This document shows, piece after piece, positions 28,492-41,375 of a stretch of DNA of 64,000 nucleotides. The translations under genes and the position numbers were made by a program. How positions within the stretch are numbered: the stretch's first letter is position 1; every line of letters starts with the position of its first letter. The notes under the pieces were generated by a model. It was given only the letters and a program-made list of their open reading frames with translations, had not been told where the DNA came from and searched no databases. Origin of the DNA: Bugula neritina (taxonomy: Eukaryota > Animalia > Bryozoa); assembly GCA_964035545.1 (NCBI GenBank), contig OZ037768.1, positions 13,215,675-13,279,674 on the forward strand, read 5' to 3'.

Positions 28492-31400
28492 CTAGCAATG
28501 AGGTACTTTGTTAGGCCAATCACACACTGAACTATTTTCATTAAATTTAAGACCAGTTGGGCAAGCGACATGATTGGGGCGATTATTGTGACAGATGTAG
28601 AACTTGGAACAGTCACAGGGATCTTTAAATATTCCACTGCTCATAGGACAGGTATAGTCTAAAACATAAGAATACAATAGATTGAATTATATAACGTTAG
28701 TATACGACTGGCAATGAAACATGCTATTATATAGAGCATATGCAATAGTAATTGTAAATGTGTGTTTATAATATAAATGCAAAACATAGGGTTAAATAAT
28801 ACTGTAACAAGTGTTAACATTGCCTATTTTAGTTGAGAATTTCTTTGCTTTATCTGCTATATATATAATCTACAAAATTAAATAATATGTTTCGTACCAT
28901 CTTTGCAGTTGGAACCACTTGATATGGTAGTAGTTGCTGTGATTTTAGGAGGCTGAGATGACTCAGCAGCTGCAGCGGCAGCAGAACACACAACATTGTG
29001 CTGCCAGTCACATACTTTCAGCTCGTCATTGAACAGTAACCCAGCAGGACAACTAAAGTGGTGCTCTCTGTTATTGTGACAGTTATAATAACCACCACAG
29101 TTGCAGGGGTCTCTGAATAACCCAGAAGACTGGGGGCAGACAAATCCTACAAAGAGAAAATAATTGCTAAAGATATTGCCTGAAGCATATTAAAAAAGTT
29201 CAATCCTTTTTGGAAATTGGTATTTTTATTAAATCAAATCACGGAGTTCTGAATTACCTTCACCACAGGTGGTGGGTGGTGATGTAACCCCTGAGTCCGT
29301 TGGTGCTGGTGGTGAAGGCCTTGTGGATACAGTAACTACCTCCACTGTTGAGAGACTTGGGACTGATGCACTTGGAGTTGATAACTGACTAGTGAGTTTG
29401 GTTGAGCCTTTTTTGAGACAGTTGGAAATTGTCGTCAATAATGGATATTTTCCCTTGCCACAAGATCTTCCATTGTGATCATCTGAGCCCAGAGCCCAGA
29501 TCATAGCACCTCCATAGTTATTGGAAGTGATATAGTCACACTACAATCATATGTTTGTGATGTAGATATAGCAGCAGTTCATTCAGCATTATATTGAGCA
29601 TGCTCACAATTCATGTAAACATTGGATACTTGCCTTAGTAAGGAATGAGGTGGGATCGTCATAAGACAACCAAATATTATTTGCCCAGGTATATGGAACA
29701 CCTGCCTTGGTGTCAACTTTGCTGTTGGCAATGTAAGCTGGGTTGGAACAAATATCTCGATAAAATATCTAAAAAAAACCAATATCAGAGTATTGAAATA
29801 AAACAAATGACAACAGATTGTTGTTTTATTTTTTAACAAAACTTACTGAAAGCTGAAATGAAATATTTTACACCAGCAACCACTATCATTGCCACAGTTT
29901 GGATATTCTCACCGTTTTGTGTCCGACTCCAGCAGTGCCCACTGGTGGTGTTGAACCTGATGATGTAACTTTCCAGGCTTGACCATAAGTTGGCATTCCA
30001 ATGACTATCTTTTCCTTTGGCATTCCCAACTGCTGCCAATATTTGGCAGCACCATCCTAAGAATGTAAATCACATTTGAAGCAACATACATTATATTATA
30101 ATTGTCAAATTACCAATAATTAATCTTTAAACCACAGTACAAGGTTAAATCCTTGATACTAATTAAACACAAGTGACATAATATTATATAATTTATTACA
30201 TACAACAGAAATATTGTCATCTGCTCTAAGTGGGGCATTATGGTTAGTTGTGGACTCCCAAGTGCCATGCAAATCATACGACATTAAGTTGATGAAGTCC
30301 AGTGACCTAAATTTATAACAGCTGTAGTACATAAAACTCATATACTTTGTTGAGATCCAAAACGATTGAGAAAAAACCCAGATGCTAAGGTTTGCTTTTG
30401 ATTAGCTATAAGTTTTAGGCCATGCTGATATACTGTTCAAATTATTTTATAGTAGCACAAGGAAATTATTGTGTTTATACTCTTGGTCTCACATCACCAA
30501 TGGCACTTGTTTCTATTCCCTAGACTCTGGTATTTCTTGATAGTTACATAGGTCTATCAATAAACGGAATGTACACAACATAAAACACTTTTTTTAGTTG
30601 ACATTTTTGAATCATCAGAAAGCTTAACATTATTTAATCTATATAACACAACAGTATGTGTACAAGAAAAATATTTTTTAAAAAGTTTAAAATGCTATGT
30701 TGACTAGAATAGCTTCATAATGATGCAGCGTAATAAAAAATTTCCAACATTTTGCACACAGCTGTTTCTCATGATTCAAGATGGTCTCTTTCCTAGACAA
30801 TTCACCTGCCTAGACTCTGCCCATCATATCCTTTGCTTATTGTCTCTACCCCAGCTGCCACAGCTGCTGTAAGTAACAGTCTTGCTTTGCCAGAGGACGC
30901 AGCTTCAGCTTCAAACCTATCTCTAAGCTCCTGAAGTTGGAAAAAAACCATAAAAGCAACATTTATTTTTAAATGTGCCAATATTCAATTGGAAGGCTAA
31001 ACTTTATGATGGAATGAGTTATTAATTGAATAAATTAATTAGCAAATCAACAACACCAACTTACAACAAGTTACTACAATAATATGGTAAATTGGACAGA
31101 AATACCAGCTAAAATGATTTACTTGGCACAATGTAGCAAATCGGGCCTTATCAGATGCTGGACTGCCTCTAGATCCAGGGTATTCCCAGTCTAAGTCAAG
31201 GCCATCAAAACCATATCTTCGCAAATAGCTTATCGTGTCAGTTATGAAGTTTTGCCTTTTTGCTGCAGAAGACACCTGTTGAAGAATGTGTAGTTACTCT
31301 TATTTCTAGCTTGAGACCTTTCATAGTAGTATAACAGAAAGTTGTCCAGTTATCATAAGCTATATATGGATATTACTACCATAAAATACATATTGTAACA

Positions 31401-33023
31401 AACCTTAAATACAAGTTGAATATGAAACTTAAATCTGAAACAAATAGCAATTGAGCTTATAATACTGCCCATATAACAAAGCATAACTGTGAACTATATA
31501 CATATATCCATAAGCCATAAGGCATAAATATAATATTTTGGGATAAATATTAATTTTAAATAATTAGGTTTTAAAGTGAGAAGGACAAGTTAAAGTATAC
31601 CATTGCTGTAAAAGTAGAAGTGCCGTGAGTCCAGCCTCCTACAGCCAACAATATCTTCAACTGCGGATTAGATTCTTTCAGTTTCATCGTATCAGCATAC
31701 ATTTCTGTCAAGATATTTAATTATATTTTGGTTTGAGAAAAAGAATGCAATATTTTATATTTATTAATAGTTGCAAAGCAAATACGACTTTTAAACAAAC
31801 AATCAAATGATGCATGAAACAAACAGTGTACAACTTTTATGACTTTGTATGGGATAAGGGAAAATGCTATTAAAATAGATAGAACACAGCCATTCTATCA
31901 TAGTATAATAATGTGCATCAATATATTTTATACTGATGTGCTATATCAGCATATAAACAAACATGGTAATTTTTTAAACAATATCAAATTATTTAGTGAA
32001 GTAAACTGACTAGCCTGTCGACATTATCTCCCAAGTTTTATGCCTGCCCAATAGTTCTTCAACTGCAAGTTTTTAAATAAACTGAGATTTGGGGACTGCA
32101 ATTCTTTTGTATTCAATGTTTTTATGGCATGAAAAATATCCTCCTAAGTCTAGTTTGTTTATGAGGTTCTATTTATCTGGCATTTTATAAAAACTTATGT
32201 GTGGACAGACACAAAAAGAATTTGATAAATCTTGCTAAATCTAAAATATATATAAAATTATTTTAACAAAATTAATAATTGGGTAAGTAGGGCTGACTTA
32301 CTCTCATCATTCCATTCATAGGGTGCCAGAACACCACTCTGGTCTACTTTAGCGAATGAGTAAATCACATGGGTACACAGCTGAGTTGGAATCTCATTGG
32401 GTACCATCTTCTGAACTCCGGGCCTGTATTGGGCCCAATTTTCAAAGTAACACACCATATGATAGCCACATGCTACCTAAATTAGTATCAACATTGTAGT
32501 CATTATATTATTAACATGTACATTGTGCCAGTCTGTGCTATTCCTAGTAAAGCTGAATGTGGAACCTATGAGGATGAGTGAGTTTGCCAACTATCCTACA
32601 GTTATACTTCTACACGGCCTAATTCAACAGTCTGTTTCAGAAACCATGATTTGATGCTTATTCATCTTTAAGATGATTTTATAATTATTCATGTAACCTA
32701 ACCTAAATTATTGCAAACAAGTTGTATGTTGCCTATATTGTTGAAACATACATATGGAAGCGATATTCTTTTTAAAATTAAGACTAGCTAAATTATCATA
32801 AATATTCATACATTAAAAAAAGAAATTATTGTGAAGTTTAAGCATTGCTTAAATAGTTTTTCAGATAACTTTCACATAGCCAAATATTGTTCAGATAGAC
32901 TGAACATATTTTTATTTGTTGTTGAATGTTAGGTAATAGAAGCACGTTCCATGAAAAGAGTTTAACAATTCTTACCTGTGCACATAGCACCAGTAGTATG
33001 GTGCTAACCAATGTCCCAGCCAT
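28492..33023 (-). CDS. GH18 chitinase gene 2 (full length: signal peptide, intact catalytic motif, S/T/P linker, two CBM14 domains)
   Basis: Eleven exons: 32976-33023, 32302-32476, 31601-31704 ([10 protein letters not shown]), 31123-31275 ([12 protein letters not shown]), 30806-30930, 30204-30306 (MSYDLHGTW), 29913-30056, 29634-29768, 29258-29540, 28898-29146 (CBM14) and 28492-28658 (CBM14, stop). Confidence 0.95.
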
Positions 33024-33562
33024 AGCAGTTCAATTGAACAGCCTTAATGAAGCTAATAATTTAGTCTTGTGCTAATAATACATACATGCTGTGAACTTCT
33101 ACATATGCTCTATCCAAAATAGCCTTTTGAAAATACTTTACTGCAGTAAGTTTTACATAATGACGTTAACAAATGAGGTTTGATGTTAATCCTTATCTTA
33201 AAAGATTTGTGCCACACCTTAAGCAGGTTAAGCTCATGTTTCATTTATTTAAAATTTAAAGCCGGAGGCAATTTAAAAGAAACTTGAAGATTTAAAATAT
33301 GCTAGAGAGCAATGTGCAGCCTGCTCATGAATGTTTATTTGTTAACATTTGTGTAGAGTAGTAACTGCAAAGTGTAGTTATCCAGCTGCCTAAGGTTTGC
33401 ACCTTTTAATTTAAAGCCTCACTAACGGCAGCCAGCCCATAAGCGACAATTTGCCAATACTGGTCACAAAACTCCAAAATTAAAAAATATTATTATCTTC
33501 ACTGGTCATGATTTCTCATCACAGCCATAATATCTAAAGTGAAACTATATGCACTCTTTTAA

Positions 33563-33962
33563 AGAATCCCTGACACACTTTACTTATATAGCATGAAAAT
33601 ATTCATCTATATCTTAGCTATCAATTGATCATCCCTTTAAGGTGGATGGCTATACTATTTCGTTATATAACAAGTTTAGTGCATGCATGTCCAAAAAACT
33701 TTCGGATTTCTAAGCTCTCAGTGCACACGTATTACGTATTCTGAATGTCTTACAGGCGGCATTTCCATCTATTTCTCGCAACTGCGGTGTAATACGTCAC
33801 AGGCAGACAAAAAAAATTCTCGAAGTTTTTTGGACATGCATGCACTAAACTTGTTATAAAACAAAATTGTTTAGACCTGAAACCCTAAAAGAGTGTTAAA
33901 ATAATAGCTATGACATAGATGAATATTTTCATGCTATATAAGTAAAGTGTGGTAGGGATTCT
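33563..33962. mobile_element. 400-bp MITE with long terminal inverted repeats and TTAA target-site duplication (Kolobok-like ends)
   Basis: TTAA|agaatccct...agggattct|TTAA with imperfect inverted arms of about 150 bp. The paralogous site near 42048 is empty (cattaagcaa). Confidence 0.85.
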
Positions 33963-34669
33963 TTAAGCAAATTATTGTAAGCATTTATCAATGCGTGACA
34001 AAATAAAACCTTCCGTCTTGTTGCATTGTTAGGTTTGCCAATAAAACACAATACTATTTCCAAAGTAAGCTCACTATTTTTTGGCAGATGTTTACCTTCT
34101 AAAAGTTGGGATAAGCCTGTGGCTTCTGTAAAGATGGTTGATGTAAGATAAAATATATCTTTATAACTGAGAAGCCTTTATAGTACAGAATTGTTGCTTG
34201 CTAACAAGAAAAACAATGTATTGTCATTTTTATATTTTTTTATTAATTCACAGGCATTTTTAAAATAACTCACACACAGTACTTGACACCATACAAAAAT
34301 TTTAATATCTAAATAAGGTTTTACTTACAAGAAAATGTAACCAACTTTAGCAAAGTGAGTTTTTATATAAAAAAAATCTTTCAACAGCACTTCAATGGAA
34401 TAATCCTTATAGAAATCTGAAAGATTGAGCACATAATGATTTGATTCAAAATCAAATGTTTAAGTACACCTTGCTTGTCTCTTCTGGTTGGTCTCAACTT
34501 CATTCAATATGATGAGTAGCGCCAAACTTGATAGCAAGAAATTCCCACCAAAACAAACTCTGATCCGCTGTGTTTTATAGAACAACACTGCCATTACCTA
34601 TAAAAAAGCATCATAACGGTTGAATTTGATATTCCCACAAGATGTTGCAAGGGCTATGCTTGGAGGAAT

Positions 34670-34731
34670 GAAACTCAGCACAAACAAATTTCTCATCATA
34701 GAAGCAGAAACTTGAGCATAATCACAATTTC
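34670..34731 (-). ncRNA. Box C/D snoRNA-like unit, family A, duplicated copy with shortened 5' part
   Basis: Minus strand: gaaatt GTGATTA tgctcaagttt CTGC ttct ATGATGA gaaatttgtttgtg CTGA gtttc. Confidence 0.55.
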
Positions 34732-34900
34732 AATATCAGGTGGACAGCAAGTGATGTATCAGATGCATACCAGTAATCTAGTATCTTCTAATAACTTCTG
34801 CCAGCAGACTAGAGATCGTGGTTACCTACAACACAGAGGAATATTCTAGTTCACATGATATCTAACTGATGAACAATTGTGACTGCAGACTCTACCAGTC

Positions 34901-34959
34901 AACTCAGAGTTACATCTCCTCATTATGTTCAGAGACCTAGATTTGTGCTCATCACTGTT
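34901..34959 (-). ncRNA. Box C/D snoRNA-like unit, family B, duplicated copy
   Basis: Minus strand: aaca GTGATGA gcacaaatctaggtct CTGA acata ATGAGGA gatgtaact CTGA gtt. Confidence 0.75.
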
Positions 34960-35979
34960 GGTAGGGAATGGACTGGACAAAACATAAAAAGCTATTTTTT
35001 CAAAGCAAGCCTAAAAATGATGTATACTATAATTAGAAAATAATCGAAATATTTGGGAAAATAACCATATGTTACTGCATTATTTACATGGTAAAAATAA
35101 TTTTGAAATTTTATCAGTTGGGCTAACCTTGAGTTTATCTCCCTATCCGTCTTGATTACATTCGCCAACTATTCTGCAACATTGAAAGTAAGTCAAAGCT
35201 AGAAAATATGCTGCAGCTGAAACTACTTTTACATAAACACAAATCAATATTGAAAATAAATTAGATATCATTTGACTGGGTCAAGTTTTACGTAGCTCAA
35301 ATCAACTAATAGAACACAGAAATCTTAGATCAAACATTAAACATGTAGTAACCAGTAAACAACATGTCTCCTATTGCTGTGCAACTTATATTAGCTTACA
35401 AATTGAATGTTGCTTGAGAAACACCTCAGAACAAGTGTCATGTTTTCATCATAGAAGGACTCCAGTTGTTGAAATGTGCACTAGAAAGTTTCTCGCCACC
35501 AAGAAGAACTTAGTGATAATTTTATAGCCATTATTTTGACAACCTCTGCGCTTGCAAAATAGAGCTTTTCTAGCAAAGGAACTGGTTAGAGCGACTTTTA
35601 GTGAGTTGATATTCTTGCAACAGTCATTGCATGGAATGTTAAAATTCATCGTTGTGTTTACTGTTTAAACATCTGTATATTTTAATTTTAGAGAAAAGAA
35701 CTTCTAGAACTACTCATGCTAGTCAGCGTACTGAAGAAAAAGCTGAGAATTTAGCTAAAACAACTAAAATGAGCTTGAACAATTCAGCAGCTGTAGTCCT
35801 TGAGGTTATTAGATAATTTGCATAGTTATTAACTAGTATCAATGTATTTGTTAACTAATTTATGATGAGCAGTTGTATTGTATGTAAATAAGCTAGCAAT
35901 TCAACTAGACATGCAAAGATATCAAAATAATAGGGCTGTTGTTGACACTTTGGTTGTAAAGTAGAGAGAGCGACAATGC

Positions 35980-36780
35980 AATCACTTTTTGTGAGCAGCC
36001 AATTTATGTTATTACTCGGCATTTTCTTTTTGAAAAGCATCAACCTATAATATCTGTTTTAGGTGGATGAAATAATAACCTGTCTATGACTAGCTTTCAG
36101 TCTAATTAAGATTGGTGACCAGATGTGGTGCACCCACAGGTACCTCAGAAAATCTCAAGTCATTATATAATACAATTGCTATTCTAGCTTCATTGGCTTA
36201 TATTCCATCATTTTTTCAAGAAGATAATGTGGATATCTTAATTCATGATGAGTTAAAACCTGCTAAAAAGTCAAATTTTTAGCTAGCCCTGATTTGGGTA
36301 ATGCCATCTGCATATCTGGATTGGTTGCGCGAAAAGCGATGAACAAAGTATTATGTATGGAGTGTAGACAATCTATGGTCAACAAGGAATGCTGCAGCAA
36401 AAAGTATGGTAAACTCAAAAACCTATCGATGTTAAAAACAATGGTGGATCTAATATACCTTCGAATGGAGTCATCACCACTTGTCAATGCACACACAAAC
36501 ATCTAAAGGGCCAAATGCTTATGAAAGTAATTTAGCTACAGATAGATGTGAAAAAAGAAATAGTTAGATATAACATATTTAAAATAGCCCAACATTCCGT
36601 GGAAACATTGCTTGGTTTTGTAAATCATTGTTTCTTCCTTTTAAATTTACATGTTAGAACTTACTTTTATTTGTTGTAGCATCCCATTGCTAAACTGACA
36701 TATCTCTATAATGCACCAACGAAATTATAGGCATTGTAGCAACAAAAATGAACTGTTAAGTTTTAAGAGGTCAACAATTA
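35980..36780 (+). mobile_element. Degraded P-element/THAP9-like transposase remnant at the duplication junction
   Basis: Frameshifted peptides: GG*..NN (like GGWNNNP), ISGLVARKAMNKVLCMEC, VKNNGGSNIPSNGVITTC (like KNNGGLIxPS), NHCFFLLNLHVRTYF..HPIAK and a terminal ..RGQ. Confidence 0.65.
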
Positions 36781-37395
36781 AATAACAGTAGAGGGGAACT
36801 AATAGTTAGTTTAGAAGTTATTACAGCAGTACTAATATTACAATTTAAAATAACTGCAAATATTTTTTGCTTTTGCTGTGATTGTATTTTAATTACTATT
36901 GTTTATATTTCAGATCAGCATTCAAAAAACATACATTTAACTTTATTTCAACCCTCACCAGTTCAGATAATGCAGCCTGCAGTTTGGGGTTAGTGATATT
37001 TTGAAACATGTGAAAGGTTGAATGAAAGCTGTGCTGCTTGCTTGTGCTGTAAAGCTGTATTTTGCCATTGTTTCGTTTATATCATTTATAAACTTTTATA
37101 CTTGTTACCCTTGTCAGTTTTCAAGTACTAAAGCTGAATATTGCTTTGCTGTTGCTTTTCATTCACTTTTAACTCAAGTAAACAAAATAATTGGTTCCTG
37201 TGTCACACCGCAAAATTTTTCATTATATTTCACTGTGTTAACTTAGTTTATAAGCTGAAATAACATGCATTTATGATAGATTTTACTACAATTTTGTGCA
37301 AAACAATTAGGCTTCGTTAAATATGCAATGTGTGGGCATGTCTAAAATATTTGGACATGCTAAAACGCCCTTGGCTTTTCCAGGTCTTATCCAGT

Positions 37396-40300
37396 TCAGT
37401 GGGTGAGCTTGCTTGACCTTTTTTGGAGACAGCTGGAAATTGTAAACAATAATGGATATTCTCCCTTGCCACAAGACCTTCCATTGTGATCATCCGAGCC
37501 CAGAGCCCAAACCATAGCACCTCCATAGTTGTTAGAAGTGATATAGTCACACTACAATCATATGTTTGTGATGTAGATATATCAGTAGATCATTCAGCAT
37601 TATATTGAGCATGGTCACAATTCATGTAAATATTGGATACTTGCCTTAGTAAGGAATGAGGTGGGATCGTCATAAGACACCCAAATATTGTTTGCCCAGG
37701 TATATGGAACACCTGCTTTGGTGTCAACTTTGCTGTTGGCAATATAAGCTGGATTAGAACAAATGTCTCGATAAAATATCTAAAACACCAATATCAGATT
37801 GTTAAAAAAAGAAAAACTGGAAACAAATCATTTTTTTTTACTTTTCAAAAAAAGTAACTGAAAATTGCTATAAAATATTTTATACCAGCAATCATTATTA
37901 CTGCTACAGCTGGGATATTAGAAATCTTTGACTGTTCTTACCGTTTTGTGTCCGACTCCAGCAGTGCCCACTGGTGGTATTGAACCTGATGATGTAACTT
38001 TCCAGGCTTGACCATAAGTTGGCATTCCAATGATTATCTTTTCCTTTGGCATTCCCAACTGCTGCCAATTTTTGGCAGCACCATCCTAAGAATGTACAAC
38101 ACATTTGAAGCAACATATATTATGATTTTCAAATTACCAATATTTATTTAATTTTTAGACCACGGTAATACAAAAATAAATTCTTTAATAATTAAACACA
38201 AGTAACATAATTATGTAGTTTATTACATACAACAGAATTATTGTCATCTGCTCTAAGTGGGGCATTATGGTTAGTTGTAGACTCCCAAGTGCCATGCAAA
38301 TCATACGACATTAAGTTGACAAAATCCAGTGACCTAAATTTATAAAAATACATTGTAGTGCATAAAAACTCAAATAATTTGTTCAGACTCAAAACCATTG
38401 AGAAAACTTCAAGATGCTAAGGTTTGCTTCTGATTGACTATTTATATCAAGCAATGCTGATATGTGGTTCAAATTATTTTATAGTATTAAGAGTACATTA
38501 TTATGTTTGTATAATTCTTAGTCTGGGTGCCCGGTAAAAATGGCACAGGTAATAATGGCACAGGTAATAATGGCACAAATGGCAAAGTCGGTAAAATGGC
38601 ACATCTTTGATATTAGGGTTTAGAGGTTTGGAATGGGAGTTGGGGTTTAAGGGTTGGGCGCCTGGGTTTCAGGTGGGGGGTTTGGGGTTTGGGAAGATTT
38701 AACATCAGTGTGCCATCTTTACCTACTTTTCTATTTGTGCCATGATTACCTTTGCCATTATTAGCTGTGCCATTATTACCTGTGCCATTATTACCTGTGC
38801 CATTATTAGCTGTGCCATTATTACCTGTGCCATTTTTACCTGTGTCATTTTTCTAGTGCCATTTTTACCTAAAATCTTTGGTCTGATATCACCAATGGCA
38901 CGTGTCCATATTCCCTAGACCTTGGTATTTCCTGATAGTTACATAAGTCTATGAATAAACTGAATGGACACAACCTATAGAACAATGTTTTCATCTAACA
39001 TTTCTTAAATCATCAGAGAGCTTAAGAATATTTACTCTATATATCTAACACAAAAGTATATGTGTACAAGAAAAATAACTTCTCTAACATAAGGGTATAG
39101 TGTGTTATAACTGTATTATGTAAAGTTAAATAGTATCTCACCGATATTGTAGAAAATATTTTTACAAAGTTTAAAGTGCTCTGTCGATTAGAATAATTGA
39201 GTTTCAAGCTTCATAATGATACAGCATAATAGAAATTTTTTTACAATTTGCACACAGCTGTTTCTCACTACTTAAGGTTGTCTCTTTCCTAGACAACTCA
39301 CCTGCCTAGACTCTGTACATCATATCCTTGTCTTATCTTATCTACATCAGCTGCCACAGCTGCTGTAAGCAACAGTCTTGCTTTGCCAGAGGACGCAGCT
39401 TCAGCTTCAAACCTATCTCTAAGCTCCTGAAGTTGTAAAAACATGAAAAGCGAAATTTATCTTAAAATAAGTGGATTTTCAATCGGAAGGCTAAAATTTA
39501 TGGTGGATTGAGTTAAAAATTAAATAATTTAGCAGATCAGCAGCACCAACTCGTAACATACAAAAGAATTACGAAAAGAATAATGTAAACACCAGCTAAA
39601 ATGATTTACTTGGCACAATGTAGCAAAGCGGGCCTTATCAGATGCTGGACTGCTTCTAGATCCAGGGTATTGCCAGTCTAAGTCGAGGCCATCAAAACCA
39701 TATCTTCGCAAATAACTTATCGTGTGAGTTATGAAGTTTTGCCTTTTTGCTGCAGAAGATACCTGTTGAAGAATGTATAGTTACTCTTAATATTGGTTCT
39801 AGCTTAGGGCCTTCCATGGTAGTTGTCCAATTCTAATAAGCTATACAGATATTACTAATATACTTTTAATATACAATACACATTGGAAAAAATTAATTTT
39901 TAATAATTAGGTTCAAAGTGAAGAATAACAGTTAAAGTACCATTGCTGTAAAAGTAGAAGTGCCATGAGTCCAGCCTCCTACAGCCAACAATATCTTCAG
40001 CTCTGGATTAAATTTTTTCAGTTTCATCGTATCAGCATACATTTCTGTTAAGATATTTAATTATATTTTGGTTTGAGGAAAAGAATGCAATATTTTTCTA
40101 TTTATCAATAGTTGCAAAGCATAACATACGGCTATTTAACAAACGATAAAATATAGCATAAAGGAAAAAACACTGTAAAACTTTCATGACTTTGTATGGT
40201 AGGGGCTATAGTACTATTGTAATAAATAAAACACAGCCACCCTACTATAAGATATATATGAATGTGCATTTACACATTTTACAGTATATTTATACTGATG

Positions 40301-41375
40301 GACTATATCAGCATATAAATAAATTTGAGAATGTCTTAAACAGTATTAAAATATTTAGTAAAGTAACAGGCTTGTCAATCAACATTGTCTCACAAATTTT
40401 GTGCCAAGAGGTTTTAAAAGAAACTGAGATTTGGAGGACTGCAATGCTTTTGTGTTCCATATGTGTTCAATGTTTTTATGACATGAAAAATATCCTCCAA
40501 AGCCTTGTTAATTTGTCAAATTTTAATTATTTGGTATTTTAGGAAAAACTTATGTGTGAACAGACACCAAAAAATCTAAAGCAACATAAAATAGTTTCAA
40601 AAATAATGAAATTAGGTAAGCTCATAAGGTGGACTTGCATACTTTCATCATCTTGACTTACTCTCATCATTCCATTCATAGGGTGCCAGAACACCACTCT
40701 GGTCTACTTTAGCGAATGAGTAAATCACATGGGTACACAGCTGAGTTGGAATCTCATTGGGTACCATCTTCTGAACTCCGGGCCTGTATTGGGCCCAATT
40801 TTCAAAGTAACACACCATATGGTAACCACATGCTACCTAAATTAGTATCAACATTGTAGTCATTATATTATTAACATGTACATTTTGCCAGTCTGTGCTA
40901 CTCCTAGTAAAGCTGAATGTGAAACCTATGAGGTTGAGTGAGTTTGCAAACTGTCCTACAGTTATACTTCTACACAACCTAATTCAACAGCACAATTCCG
41001 AAACTATGATATGATGCTTATTCATATTTAAGATGGTTTTATAAATTATCATGTAAAGTATTCTGAAATAGTGCAAAAATTTGTATGTTACCTGTATTGT
41101 TGAAACATGTGGTTAATAGATATGGAAGCAGTGTTATTCTTAAGATTTGGACTAGCAAAATTATTATATATATTTATTTTTGACGTCGAAAAACATTGTG
41201 AAGTTTTTCAGATAACTTTTACATAGCAAAACATTGTTCAGATAGACTGAACATATTTTATTTGTTATTGAATGTTGCGTAATCCTAATAGAAGCACATC
41301 CCATGAAAAGAGTTCAACAGTTCTTACCTGTGCACATAGCACCAGTAGTATGGTGCTAACCAATGTCCCAGCCAT
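37396..41375 (-). CDS. GH18 gene 3: chitinase-like protein (catalytic E->Q, no linker or CBM14)
   Basis: Nine intact exons: 41328-41375, 40662-40836, 39941-40044, 39610-39762 ([12 protein letters not shown]), 39302-39426, 38231-38333, 37942-38085, 37645-37779 and 37396-37551 (..[12 protein letters not shown]). Confidence 0.9.
38525..38876. mobile_element. Foldback-type non-autonomous element with 15-bp tandem subterminal repeats
   Basis: (ggtaataatggcaca)n on the left, (tgtgccattattacc)n on the right, and a G/T-rich centre. Degenerate 8-bp target-site duplication cttagtct/tttggtct versus the empty paralog site cttggtct at about 30482. Confidence 0.8.

Larger units (their letters stand above)
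29390..35456. repeat. Tandem segmental duplication, left copy (paralogous to about 37400-44168)
   Basis: Colinear exons, introns, promoter and upstream non-coding region in both copies. Confidence 0.92.
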
